64,000 nucleotides of DNA. Origin: Bugula neritina (taxonomy: Eukaryota > Animalia > Bryozoa). The notes beneath the pieces were generated by a model. That model had not been told where the DNA came from and searched no databases. It saw only the letters and a list, made by a program, of their open reading frames with translations. Shown in pieces: positions 43,801-56,308 of this stretch (position 1 is the first letter of the stretch; each line of letters opens with the position of its first letter). The position numbers were made by a program, and so were the translations under genes. The stretch spans positions 11,356,581 through 11,420,580 of the forward strand of contig OZ037767.1 of NCBI GenBank assembly GCA_964035545.1. The letters are read 5' to 3'.

Positions 43801-46060
43801 TAGGAGACCACAGCTATCTTTTCCTCACATCTGAGCCAGAACTACCAACTGCATTGGGAGACCATGACTATGCAAACTACCATTACTCCAAAGTTTTAAT
43901 TAGTCTACAATATATGCAGATGATAATTGCTGGGTGTATGGCAACTGCAGCCATACATAGGGATAATCAGCTCAAAGATTTTATCTATTCTGTCACAGAG
44001 AGATCTACAGATCAATTTTGCAAAGACAGAGAAATATCTTATTTCCAGAAAATTGTAAATACTTATGCTCAATCTTTCAAACACAAAATGACATAGACAG
44101 ATGCAACCAACTAGCAGCAATGCCTTACAACAACATTAGCAGCGTACTAACACACAACAGAATCAGTCTGAATTTTAAGATGAGGCTCTTTCATGGGCTA
44201 ATAGAAAGCACCTTTTTTATAACAGTGAGCCATGGACAACCACACAAAAGGGAAGTGACAACATCATCGTATGCCAAAGAAACCTCCTAGATAAGATATT
44301 GAAAATGGGATGGCCTCAAAAGATTAGCAATAGTGAGGTATTTAAGAAGACATTGCAGAAACCTTGATTATAAGAACACGGAGAGTAAGAGGGCTCAGAC
44401 ACTCTTCCAGACTACCAGAAAGTGCACCAGCTGAGCAAGCATAACATCCTAGAAGGGCAGGAAAATACCATGGGTTGATACTGTTGAAAAACCTCAAACA
44501 TATTATGCTAACATTACACTTGATTAATTTGTTGAGAACTGGAACAAGATGGAAAAGTGTGGAGGTCAATATAGTGGCAAAGATAGCAGATAGATGCTAT
44601 GAGCTGATACAGGATGCAACCCCGTTACAGACCTTGTCAGTAAGATAAGAATATATATATATATATATCTATATATATATATATATATATATTTGGTATT
44701 GATACAATTTTGGATATAAAATAAACTTATATATTCATTTTATGGACTACAATATTGTTTCACGTAGTGCAAGCTACGATCATCAGGTCGTTGTGTGTAC
44801 GGTTGAGTGATTTTGTTTTGAAATTAGCATTGTTTATCTATCGTTACGCTGGAATCACTGCGTTTCCATGACTGAGCATAATGCGAATGAATGCCCCGTA
44901 CGGATTATTTGTGGTTTGTGGTTTCAATTAACTTATATTTGCGGTTTGATTCGATGTAACTGTTTCCATCACTGCGTTTCCATGAAGGCGAATGAATGCG
45001 TACGAGTGCCCGTACGGATTGCATCGAAGGAAAAACCACACGTTTCTATGCAATCCGTATGAAGTTATCTTCTCTTTGCAACTGTGACTGCTGAACTAAA
45101 ATGATAATTAATATGGCCAACTTTGAGTTTGAGTTCATGCACAACGGCAATTTTTTAATTCTGTCCCCACTTTTGATAGATTAAATCAATCAAATACACA
45201 AACTTTGAGTCAGTTTATTTAAAATAAAAAAGCTTAAACCAATGAAAGCATAAAGTATTTTTCGATCGATAAACTTAAGCCAAAAAGTAATTTAAATTTC
45301 CAAAATGAAAATAGCTGTCAACTTATTTTTAGCTTGGAAAAGCTTTGGCTTACGGAAATTTTTTATAAATTTAAGATGATTAGTAACTATTCTAAATAAT
45401 AGCAGCTATGATAAATAAAATGATTTAAATTTTTAAAAGCCGAAGTTCACTTTAGCGTAGGTTGTAACTTATAATTATTGTTTACATCGCGTAACTATGT
45501 AACTAGCCGCCACAAATGCTGATCTCTGCCTCCGGCACAAAAGGTTTCATTCGATTTAACCGAACTGAACCGAACCGAACTGAACCATTTCCATTATGCG
45601 CATAATGCGAAGGAAAATTTTCATCGAAGGAGCCGTTCGGTGTAATTTCCGGCTGCGGTTTTGCTTCGATGCAACTGTTTCCATAGGGCGAATGAGAAAA
45701 TCCATTCGCATAATGATAATGGAAACGCAGTGAATGTCTTAACTAGCGTCTGTTAAATGCACAAGTAAAAATCTACGCTTATGTCTGCATGTGGTGGAGA
45801 GCTCTTTTCGTTTGTTGAAGGAGAATAATTCCAGTTGTTTTAAAATTATATATTTCTCATAGCTGCATAAGTTACATCGGCAATGCTCGTGACTCCTAGG
45901 TGACTCCTAGAGTCACTTGAGCACTCTGGCTTGAGTTTACACACCTTTTAAATATGCTTTAGTAAAACTATAAGTTTCTACTATTGCGAAGGTGTGGGCC
46001 ATGGTACTCTGTTCTGTGCTGATGAGGGGACAAATTCCGAAACAGCTGCTGTCCACAGAT

Positions 46061-46139
<79 letters not shown>

Positions 46140-47484
46140 GAAATAAAATATATATAATTATATTAAATTTGCGTTATGTGTTTTTGTATCGAAATGACTG
46201 TTGGTATTATTTAAAAACTTGAAATTAAAATTTTAAGTATTTTTCTGATATTATGCTAGAATTTCATATTTATCCTAAACAATTGAACTTAACTTCAAAC
46301 TATTGTAGTAAAGCTACAAACAAAGCTAATACTCGTAATTTAACTTTAAGTTAATCTTGTTGCTTAAAGCCACCTTCTATAATCATTTTAAAGTTTCATG
46401 AATAAAGTCATACTATAAAAGTCATAATTATTTGCCTTACCTGGTCCAAAGTTTATGTAGCTCCCACCTGGATTGATTCTACCTTGTTTAGTATGCTTAA
46501 AATAATCTAGTGGGCAAGTAAACTTTTTGTTTGGCCAATAACCCTGTGGATAATAACATTACATGTCATAACTACATTAGAATATAACACAACACAACTC
46601 AGTGTAGTGTAATGGGGAGAGTTGGGCTAGTTGAACCACATGCTCCAAAATTTCTTCTTTAAATCATTGTACCATTTTATCATCTTTCCTTGAAAGTGCT
46701 TCAGGTGAATTACTATACATAAATGGAAATGTATAAAATTAAAGCAGAAGTTTTCAGGTGAGTGCTTTTCACATTTTTGCATAAAAAATGAGCAAACTGC
46801 AAAGCTTCTCAAAGTTTTTTTATAGCCCAGTCAAATAAATTCAGGTATGCATTTTCAACATGATCTCAAAGCTGAGCAATAAACTAAAGTTGCAGACATA
46901 TCTCACCTGCAGCAGATATTGACAATAGTTTGTAGCGTGATAGTGTTGGGCTAGTTGAATCACATATGAAGTGGGGCGAGCTGAACCATGTACAACTTGC
47001 CTTACTAATTATATTCACTATGTTCATTACAATTGGGCATATCAACTTTTACATTTAAGTTTATATTTTCCTTAATTAAAGTCTTTCTCACATCAATATG
47101 TGAATTCAAACATACATTTACTTCTTGAATGAATGAAAATGTAGGTCAGCCTATTCTGCAAATATTTATAGAATGATGCAAAATTACGCACAGAAAGCAA
47201 ACAGGGGAGCAGATAAGGAAAATTAACTACTGCAATAAATGCGGTAAAGCTAGGCAGGGGTGTAAATCATCTGCCATTGTTGAGATCTCAGCCAGTGGAG
47301 ATTGAGCCTTCAAACGGTAAAATGTTAATTATGCTCAACTACACTTTGTATTTTCTGATGTCATATGAGAGGACCTTTTTTACATATGTAACTTGTTTAT
47401 GGATGAGTTACAGACAATAAAACTTTTAAAAGCTTTCCTACACCAATTTGCTGCTGCTGCTGCTGCTGCTGGTGCTGCTGCTGG

Positions 47485-47518
<34 letters not shown>

Positions 47519-50500
47519 AGGGTTTTAAGTGTCTTTTGCTTTGCCTATCTTCGAGATGTTAAATTAGTAAAATGAGAAATCACATTCAGGGTTTCTGTTA
47601 TTAATTTATGCCAATTTATTCTGATTGTTTTAAATGATTTTTATTGTTACTCTTTAATAAATAGTTTCTCAACTTGAAGGATAGGTAAAACAAATTATTT
47701 TACTGGATAAATGGCACTGGTTTAATTTTCACACAAGACAGTTCAACTTGCTCTCTACCGAACTCGTTTTGCCAAAAAACTTACAGTCAAAAACTTGGCT
47801 CTATCTTAGTGAGTAAAAAACGTTTGTGCATTCAAGTTCAATAGGCAAATACAGCAACATATGATTGACTTTCATGGTGCTGGTCTTTGGATTGGCAAAA
47901 AAAATGTTTTAAAACTTATTGCATATGGTTCAACTATCTCCACTTTCCCCTATATATCATACTATAATGGAATAATACATTATGTCATTATGTACTAAAG
48001 CATTGCCCTAATGTATCATAATAATTTATGCTACAATATAATATTATAGTGTAGTATATATTATGAGATAATAAAAATTTAAAACAACATATAGAAGCTA
48101 AGGATGGCACTTCTACTAATGCTAAAAGTAATACTCGTACTAATACTAATACCAATGTTGTTACTTCCAATTTTGATGCCAGTGTAGATCAAGTTTTTTT
48201 AAATTTTATTACAGCATATAGTCTAGCCATCAACGATAACAGTTAAAAACTAATCGTGTTATATCTACGCTTTATAAAATGCATGTCTAATTATAGCCAA
48301 TATGATTGTTTTGAATAAGTGGAAATACAAGTGAAGCATTCATAAAACGTAAATAAATAAATATACAATGCAAGTCAAAATAAAAATGATTATTATAGAG
48401 TAAGAACCTGTAGAGTCTGGGCTGTTTGCGAGTGATTCACAAACCACTTGGAAAAATCTATTGTCGCACTCTTTCTCATGCCAATAAGATGAAGGTTTGG
48501 AAAGCAAAACATCTTCTTCAATACTCTAGATAATCAAGGAAACAAGGCACTAATAACAATGATTGTATAAAAATGAAAACTAGCTTATAATTCCTTATAT
48601 AAAGTAATAATAAATTACAAAATCAGCCTTTATCATTTTTTATAAAAACTCACTAGAACTGCTAACGTCAGTTTGAAACTTTCTTAATTTTTACGAGAAA
48701 TATAAATAAACTTCTAATGCTGAATTTAACTTAAATTTTATAGTAGCGAGAATGTTTAATTTAAAAACAGTTAATAAATTGATAAAACTATTCAAGGACA
48801 ATAGAATGTTAATAAGCATTTGTAAGAAAACGCAGCTACTATTCTCACGATTGGTTATGCGCCTTTGCTTCGACACTTGATATCCAGCAATGGGCATTAT
48901 ATCCACTTATATAACTAGTTTTTGAACAACTTGATAAATCTTCGTATATTATCTAAAAATAGAATAATATTTTTGCCTCATGGTTTTTAAGATTTTTATA
49001 ACTTTTGGTTGAATTTAAATTGTCAAACAACTTGTCAAATATATTATACAATAATATAATATATCAGATATTGTACAAAAGTAAAAAAATATATTTCATA
49101 ATAAGACATAATATATTACAATATATCATATAATTTACAATATTTGGTATAATACATTACACTATATTATATTATGCCAGCTCTATATACATTGTATTTT
49201 TTTCTCACCTGTTTGGTTAGCGGGTTTATATACATTGTATATAGTATAATTATGATAATAATTTATATTATAATGTACTCTCTAAATATTCAATATTTCA
49301 CAAATATATACAATTTGTTCCAAGTTACATGTTGAGGCTTTATAAATAATCGAAAATTTGTACAAAATAATGCAAGCATTAAAATTGTGTTTATACCTTT
49401 ACAGTAGGGCAGACCTGGGTGATACGGGCCACTTAATTCCACAGCCTATACTGCAGACTACGGTTGATTGTTTTCAACGTGTGCATGAGTGCTATTTTTA
49501 CTGACATACTGCAAACAGAATTTCAATCATTTATACAGATGCTGAACTGAGCTATAATCGAACCCTGGTGGACCATATATGAAAGATTTACCATGTAACA
49601 CTGGCTTGAAATCTTCACTTCCTCGTTTGCAGCTTGCTACCGATTTGAGGTAAAGGTGACAGTTCCACAATTAACTTGGTAATTGTTGCAGATGATGACT
49701 GAGGTTAAAAAATGGTTGCTCCCCCCCCCCCTGAGATTCAAACCTGAGACCTTTGGCTTGCAAGCAAGTGTGCTAACCATTACACCACAGGGACTAGTGA
49801 GTAAACTCAACACTACAGAGGTGTGGGTTGTTGCTAAGACTTTTTCAATGTGCTACAGATACCAAAGACGAACCTGCTCTGCATAATTAGTTTTTTTTTA
49901 TTTTAAAAAAGCTGAGACTTAGTGGTTGCATTCGGTATGATGTGTGGGATGCAATTGTAACAAACTGGATTCAATTTTGTCTCGAAAATTTCCAGATATC
50001 AAAGCTGATGTGGCTATAGTGATTAAGGAGAACTTGGTTATCTGTACTATCTTTTCTTGCTGAAAGTGCTGAAGCCACTTTAAAAAAAATGTTTTGTAAA
50101 CCCATCTACTCAGAGCAGTCACCTACAGATTATGTTGATGTACCATAAAGCAGGCGTGGGGGGTCATTCTTATTTTTTTGAAAATAAGCATTGGTGAAGT
50201 GGCTTCTTGCAAAGACGTCTTTTTTTACCTTTCCTGCATCTAATGGTTCTAGGTATCCCAAATTGCTTTGCAAATTGCGGCAAATAATTTCATTTCTTTG
50301 CACTATCAATAGTTTTTTTAGTACCTCCTTACTTCAAGCATTTCAAATATTTTTGAAAGAATATTTAGGCATCTGAGATACATTGCATGAGTGTAAACAT
50401 TTCAAGTACATATTCTATAGCAACTGACTATAATGTTTTCTAATCAATATTTAAGGGTTTTAATGCCTCAGTATTGTTTGAAATAATTAAAAAGTAGTAT

Positions 50501-51240
50501 TATTTTCTCCTTGGTTACTGCAAAACATGCATGGCCCATATCACCCAGGCTTCCCTTAATTTTTTGGCATAGGTATAAACAGAACCTAAAAAAAGTTGTA
50601 GAGACACTCTAAAGCATTTTCACATCAGCATGTCTTTTAAATCATGCGGTATAGTAAACAGCATTGCAGTAACAATATTATCATTTTATGTGTAAATCCA
50701 CACTTCATGTTCCATTCGTAATGTTGCAGACTGTTGGAAATGCAGTATTAATGTCCAATAAACATAATGTACAGGTGGTTTTACTCTAAAATTACTGTTT
50801 GAGGGTAGTCTGCAGTCTATTTAGTACTTTATGTTAGCTCTAAACCTCATGAGAGGCTGCAGTGGCAGACAAATTGACAATAATTACCTCCATGTAATGC
50901 TAAGCTATATCATAAATATAAAATCACATAATGAAAGTTTTCATTCTTATGACCTTTGCCTTCTCATTGGAAGTGCATTACTTTGTAACTAAAGTTAATG
51001 TACCTGACAAGGTGGATTATTCTGTCCTGAAAGTAAGACTTTTTGACTTCGGTTAGAGGCTTTAAACAATTTTTCTGGAGGTGATTGTTTTAGTTTTGCT
51101 GAAGATTCATGGAGTTTTAGAAATTCCAGGTTATGGGGAGAATCTTTTGATTCGAATCGCCAAAAGTTTAAACTCATGTGCAGCAGAAATAGCAGGCATC
51201 CCCCATATAATACAAACAAGGCATTTTTAACAAAACCCAT
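40878..51240 (-). CDS. CHST15 (GalNAc4S-6ST)-like type II membrane carbohydrate sulfotransferase, divergent (~403 aa, 8 exons)
   Basis: Exons 51240-51004, 48952-48849, 48525-48408, 46543-46441, 43013-42881, 42082-41893, 41549-41445 and 41099-40878 are GT-AG and in frame. N-terminal TM anchor; HCW; CFPNLHLIGMRKSATIDF (5'-PSB-like); LRNPTDRAISY (3'-PB); SLY...FIPRDQIMI; C-terminal T.ELL.DFFKPYN.RLA.LL.DEKWL typical of this family. Confidence 0.88.
43640..44650 (+). mobile_element. Highly decayed LINE RT/3' fragment
   Basis: VGTPQGDCLNPTLFTLYL, DYA, ISLNFKMRLF.GLIES...WT; ends in a taagataaga tail before (TA)n. Confidence 0.7.
44745..44789 (-). ncRNA. Minimal type I hammerhead ribozyme
   Basis: Minus strand: gac-CUGAUGA-ucguagcuugcacuacgu-GAAA-caauauu-GUA-guc; palindromic stem III acaauauugu. 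Confidence 0.8.
44856..45732. mobile_element. 877-bp non-autonomous DNA transposon with CACTG termini and a 3-bp TSD
   Basis: TIR cactgcgtttccat / atggaaacgcagtg; TSD aat (44853-44855 and 45733-45735). The empty site ctggaat-gacttaac is present in the 62.3-kb copy of the host element. An extra internal TIR copy lies at 44970-44983. Confidence 0.9.
46014..46058 (+). ncRNA. Minimal type I hammerhead ribozyme
   Basis: cugug-CUGAUGA-ggggacaaauucc-GAAA-cagcugcu-GUC-cacag: 5-bp stem I, 4-bp stem II with G-U pairs, 4-bp stem III; immediately followed by (TA)n. Confidence 0.88.
46613..47950. mobile_element. Non-autonomous TIR element (Tc1/pogo-like ends)
   Basis: Left ggggagagttgggctagttgaaccacatgc; right (reverse complement) ggggaaagtggagatagttgaaccatatgc. 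An inverted partial copy lies at 53808-54235. Confidence 0.65.
47449..47516. repeat. (GCT)n trinucleotide repeat, intronic
   Basis: Directly visible. Confidence 0.95.
49405..50557 (-). mobile_element. Internally deleted pogo-like DNA transposon
   Basis: TIRs agggcagacctgggtgatacgggcca / tggcccatatcacccaggcttccct. Minus-strand remnants AKQFGIPRT (HTH_psq-like), SRWVYKTFFLKWLQHF and LLQLHP.H..(QPL) (DDE_1-like). Confidence 0.75.
49690..49795 (-). mobile_element. tRNA-derived SINE head inserted in the pogo relic
   Basis: Reverse complement ccctgtggtgtaatggttagcacacttgcttgcaagccaaaggtctcaggtttgaatctcaggggg shows A and B boxes. Confidence 0.65.
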
Positions 51241-52479
51241 CTGCAACACAAAGAAAAATTAAAATTCAGTGCTAATTTGTATTAGCAGTTAGAAAAATAT
51301 ACATAGACTATGTTTTCAGTCCTCAAAAATTCCAAATTACTGCACGCAGTCACCTTCAAATCAAAGCTTCTTATTAATCCGATTATATATCGCGATTAAC
51401 AGAGCTTGATTTATAGCATAACATTTCCTTAATTCTACTTTTTGTATAAAAATCAACTGCAGTAAAACTAAAAATGATCTTTAACTGGATTAAATGTATT
51501 AACTAGTTGTAAACAGTTATAATAATGATGTAAGATTTAATGTATCAATTTGCTTTGGAATACCAAACTTCCTACGAAGTATGCTTTAGACTTAGTTTTG
51601 GTACTGAAGTAAGCATCGTAGATAGGCTGGGTTTAAGATGTTCTGCAGGTGAAACCTAACATAAAGGAAACAAAATTATCGGCACAAAACTAATAAAATA
51701 AGTGATGTCATCATATAAAGCTGAAAAATTACCTTCTTTGTTGCATAGTCATATAACATAGTTAGTTGTGCCTATAGATACAGCTAGAGATAATATGCAA
51801 AAATAAGAAAATAAACTAAATAGATTTCAGTTTTATACATGAAATATATACGGATATGCTTCACCTTCAGATGCAAGTCACACTCAATAGCCACACTAGT
51901 TATATCTCATAGCTTACCAATGAAGCTCTAAAGTTTAGATAATCAGACAATAATTGATCCAGTATTGATGAGTTTGTTTTTTACAGTATACAAATTACAA
52001 TATGTTAACAAAGCAGTCATGTATGGATAACAGAAAACAATGAGTACCAAATGTATAGAAACATGTACATACATGTATCACTGTGTGTGTGTTTTAGTAT
52101 AATTACATTAGTTTATGTTAGTGTTTAATCTGTTCATAGCTGAATAGAAATAGGCTATTGATTAATTTTAATATTTATTCAGTACCTCTAGCTCGTAAAC
52201 CCAAAACCGGTAAAAACTGACATATAATGAATCGTTGACATAAAGAACAGTAGAATACAATTACAAAGTATGTGACATGTTATTATAATAAGAGAAGACA
52301 ATTGCAAATCACATAACATTACAACATGCTCCTTTGAGTGTTGGTGTAAAAGATTACACAAATCAAAACCACATAGCTTTTTAAAGTGAACATAACAATT
52401 TATAAGTAATCTATGATGTAACAAAACCATACTAACATATATAAATACAAATAAGGTGATTAAACTAGGATGTGTATAA

Positions 52480-53080
52480 TACATTGTAAGATATTGAAAA
52501 GTACTGTAAAATCATGTAACATACTGTAAAATACTACAACACGATGCAATAGGCTGTAGTACGATGGTATACACTGTAATATACTCTAATCCGCTACAAT
52601 ACATTGTAATACACTGAAATATACTGTAATACATTGTAATTTATTGAAAAATGCTATAATAAACTATAATAAATTATCAGACAATGTAATATATAATAAT
52701 GTTCCGTAAGAACTTGTAACACACAGTAATACAATGTAATAAACTGTAACATAGTGTAAGACACTGTAATATACTGAAGTATACATTAATACCTTTTAAT
52801 TCAAAGTTTTACACTGTAATATACTGTAATGCACTGTATGATACTTTACCTTGCTATAATGTACGGCAATACACTACATTACAATGCAATACAATGCAAT
52901 ACACTGAAACATACTGTAATACATTGTAATATAAAAAATACTGTAATATTCTGCAACACACTGTAAAATACTGAAACGCACTGCAATAGACTGTAATACA
53001 ATATTATACAATGTTATACACTGTAATATACTGTATTACACTGTAATACATCGTAATAGACCGCAGTATACAGTAATAAC
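52480..53080. repeat. Degenerate 10-bp tandem array (ACACTGTAAT-like)
   Basis: Visible 5/10-bp periodicity over ~600 bp. Confidence 0.85.
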
Positions 53081-53807
53081 AAGTTTTTATGATTAATTTG
53101 TATGATGCAGTAATATCTAAACAGACCAATGTTGTCCTTTTAGTTTATGTTCATGTTATTGAAAGATACATCATTAAACCGAATAGGTGTTTTAGATTTC
53201 CTAGGTACACGGGATGGCAAAGGTATCACATCTGACCTATTTCTAACAAAACTGTCTTATTAGCTATTTGAACTTTGCATGACATTTCATCTAGTTGCCC
53301 ACTTGTTAGTCCTTTTCTGGTGTTATCTTTAACAAGAATCGACTCTCCCTCTACAAGTGGCTTGAAGGAATTTATCTTTGGATTCATGATTAGATTTTAT
53401 TTTGTATCTGTATTGGTTGTTAGCCACCTTAAAGCTGTCGTGGTCTGATAGCTTTGACAACAGATCATCAGGGTGTGTTGCCAACGTTGTACGTAATTTA
53501 CACCCTAAAAGGAAATTTGCTGCAGAATACATCCTGAATAGTGGAGAGAGGAATGATAAGCTAACAATGCTAAATATGAATCTTGTTCCTTCTTTAACAT
53601 GACTCAACACTTTGTACAGCACGTTCTGTAGAATACTGCAGGTTACTTTGGTCATATTGTTGACCTACAATTTTATTTGGTCTGTAGAACTATATAATGT
53701 ATGTTTGGATTTATATATTGATGTCAGAAATACTTTAATTAAGAAAAATATAAACTTAAATGTAAAAATTGCTGTGCCCAATTATAATTAGCATAGTGAA
53801 AATAATT

Positions 53808-54235
53808 AGTAAGACAAGTTGTACATGGTTCAGCTCGCCCTACTTCATATGTGGTTCAACTAGTCTCACACTGTCACACTACAAATTATTGTCAATATTT
53901 GCTGTGAGTGAGGTATCTCTGTAACTTTAGGTTATTGCCCAGCTTTGAAAGCATGTTGACAAAACCTGCCTAAATTTTCTTGACTGGGCTCTTAAAAATT
54001 AAGAAGATATGCAATTTTGTATAAAAAATAAATTTTAAGTTTGCTAATTTTTATGCGAAAATTGTGAAAAATACTCCCCCACCTAAAGAATTCTGCTTTG
54101 ATTTCATACATTTCTATATAACTAGGAGTTTAGCTAAAACGCTCTTAAGTGAAAGAGGTAAAATAGCAAAAGAAAAAAATTTAGAGCATGTGGTTCACTT
54201 AGCCCCCAGGGTTCAACTTTTTTTACTTTCCCCTA
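53808..54235 (-). mobile_element. Partial inverted copy of the left end of the 46613 TIR element
   Basis: Reverse-complement similarity to 46613-47006 (gttgtacatggttcagctcgcc, catatgtggttcaactag, gagcatgtggttca). Confidence 0.7.
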
Positions 54236-54916
54236 CTTTACAACGCCTCATTATAATATTGCATCAGGAAATTGTATAATGCCTGTTTTTCTGTAGTATA
54301 GTGCTATCTAGGGAGTTGTCTCACTAATTTTTTTCTTTGGCATCTTGTCACATATACTGGGAATAGTTTGATGAAAGTACATAGATTGATTAGAATAATT
54401 TATATTTTCACTGCTATACTTTCGAAATAATGTAAAACGTCACAAATTTTCGACACTTTGTAGTTAAATGCAACTAATATTATGCAATGAGAGACAATTA
54501 TATTTTATATTAGTTATAATTTTTGGGGTTTGAATTATAAGGAATTTAAAAACAAGGTGCTGTCCTAAAATTTTTAACAATACTCTAAATTGCATTTCAA
54601 CACTATAAGATTTACTTCTTTACTGCTATACAAACTGTTTATAATTACAGAACGCTTACTTATAGATTGTCTTGACTCTTCCATACTCCATATTACTTCC
54701 ATCTACAATAAACTTGAAAGAACAACGTATAGGCTCTTCGTACACTAAAATGACAAATACACATTAATTATCTACCATTACACTAATTGATATTCTAAAT
54801 CAATATCCAACATCTCTCGGGAAAGATAACTCCGGATTTTATCAATTGCACCGTGTTCAAAGTATATGTATAATGTTTCTGTAGCACAAAACAAACAACA
54901 TATTTTCAATGTAACC

Positions 54917-55132
<216 letters not shown>

Positions 55133-56253
55133 CTTAAATATGCAGCAGGACAACTTTATGCAATATACCCTTTTCCAACAACCTTGAGATCCCTTTTACA
55201 ATTACGGGTTGTGTACTTCCAACATGAAAAGTTTCGAAAAAAGTAAGCTTGAATGCATTTTTGTGGTTTTGGCTACTGAGCAAAGCTGGATTGATTGTGC
55301 TGACTGTCATGGCCATGCACTTTATATGTGTCGACCTTTCAAATCTGTGGTCCAGTTTCACAGAGTTCTAGTGACTTTATAGCATCCTTCATTTTGTATA
55401 CTCTGTTCAGAAGTATGGGTTTAGTAGCAGTTATCTTCACCTGCTGCACTCCCACTGTAATATAATAAGTCAGATCTGAGGTAAGGACACTTAAAGTGAA
55501 CATTCACCCTGAGCATCTAAAGTACAATATTTATTATGCGTTTTATAATAGTATTATATTTGTAGTTTGTCATTATGCTTAACAAAGAACAGCTAATAGC
55601 AGTGTGCATGCTGTTTGAGTCTAATCATCCAACCAACTCAAAGTACTATAAGTTGTGTATAAATAAAGGAGCCATAAAACTAAACTAAAATGCCACGATT
55701 TACTTGGAATAAACTCAGAGAACATATATTTCTCTTCCTCTGCTTTAGCTTGGCTGGTAAAACTTACTCTATAGCTACATGTACATAAGTGCTACAGTCA
55801 CTATATACTTAGGGAGTAGTTTTATAATGAAAAGTTGTAATCAAAGAAATGTTTACTTTCCTAAACTGTCTAGGTGCTAGTTATTTATTGTTATATTATC
55901 AAAAGATGTTAGAGTTCCAGCTTAATTATAAGTTGGCAGGAAACTCAGCTTAAGTGGCCTTAGATAGCTACAGTTGAGTTTTACAAGGACATAGCTACAG
56001 TTGTGTATCCTTATTTTATTAACCTTGATCTCTGATTACTGACTGTTGGCTGTTGAAATGAATATTGCTCACATTTATGCAGACGGAAAATGGTATTCAG
56101 ATAAAGCTCACTTGTCTGTCATTGGAAAAGACGAGAATCAGGAAAGTAGTAAAATCATTTTCCAGTTGAGTTTTCCAACGACATGGGCCACATATGACAG
56201 GTAACTGCTAAACCGCCACCACATAATACTTGTTATATATAAGTTATATGTGC

Positions 56254-56308
<55 letters not shown>

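Larger units (their letters stand above)
44695..45885 (-). mobile_element. 3' end of a Naiad-type Penelope-like element (GIY-YIG C-terminus + HHR-bearing 3' region), interrupted by a DNA element
   Basis: 45738-45885 encodes RCNLCSYEKYIILKQ...NKRKELSTTCRHKRRFLL; same family as 62196-62600; flanked by (TA)n. Confidence 0.85.

Noticed and set aside
47393-47575. Poly-Ala ORF
   Set aside because: An intronic (GCT)n repeat inside a TIR element, with no splice or homology support.
49715-49795. Possible tRNA genes (also 34833 and 59114)
   Set aside because: Imperfect stems and continuation into repeated bodies indicate SINE heads, not tRNA genes.
52480-53080. Periodic array considered as CRISPR-like or coding repeat
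   Set aside because: A degenerate 10-bp satellite with no unique spacers, in a eukaryotic context.
56005-56043. gtatcctt and a terminal AC resembling U12 intron signals
   Set aside because: The real donor (gtaaaa) is U2-type, the motif is too close to the acceptor, and it is absent from the paralog; probably chance.
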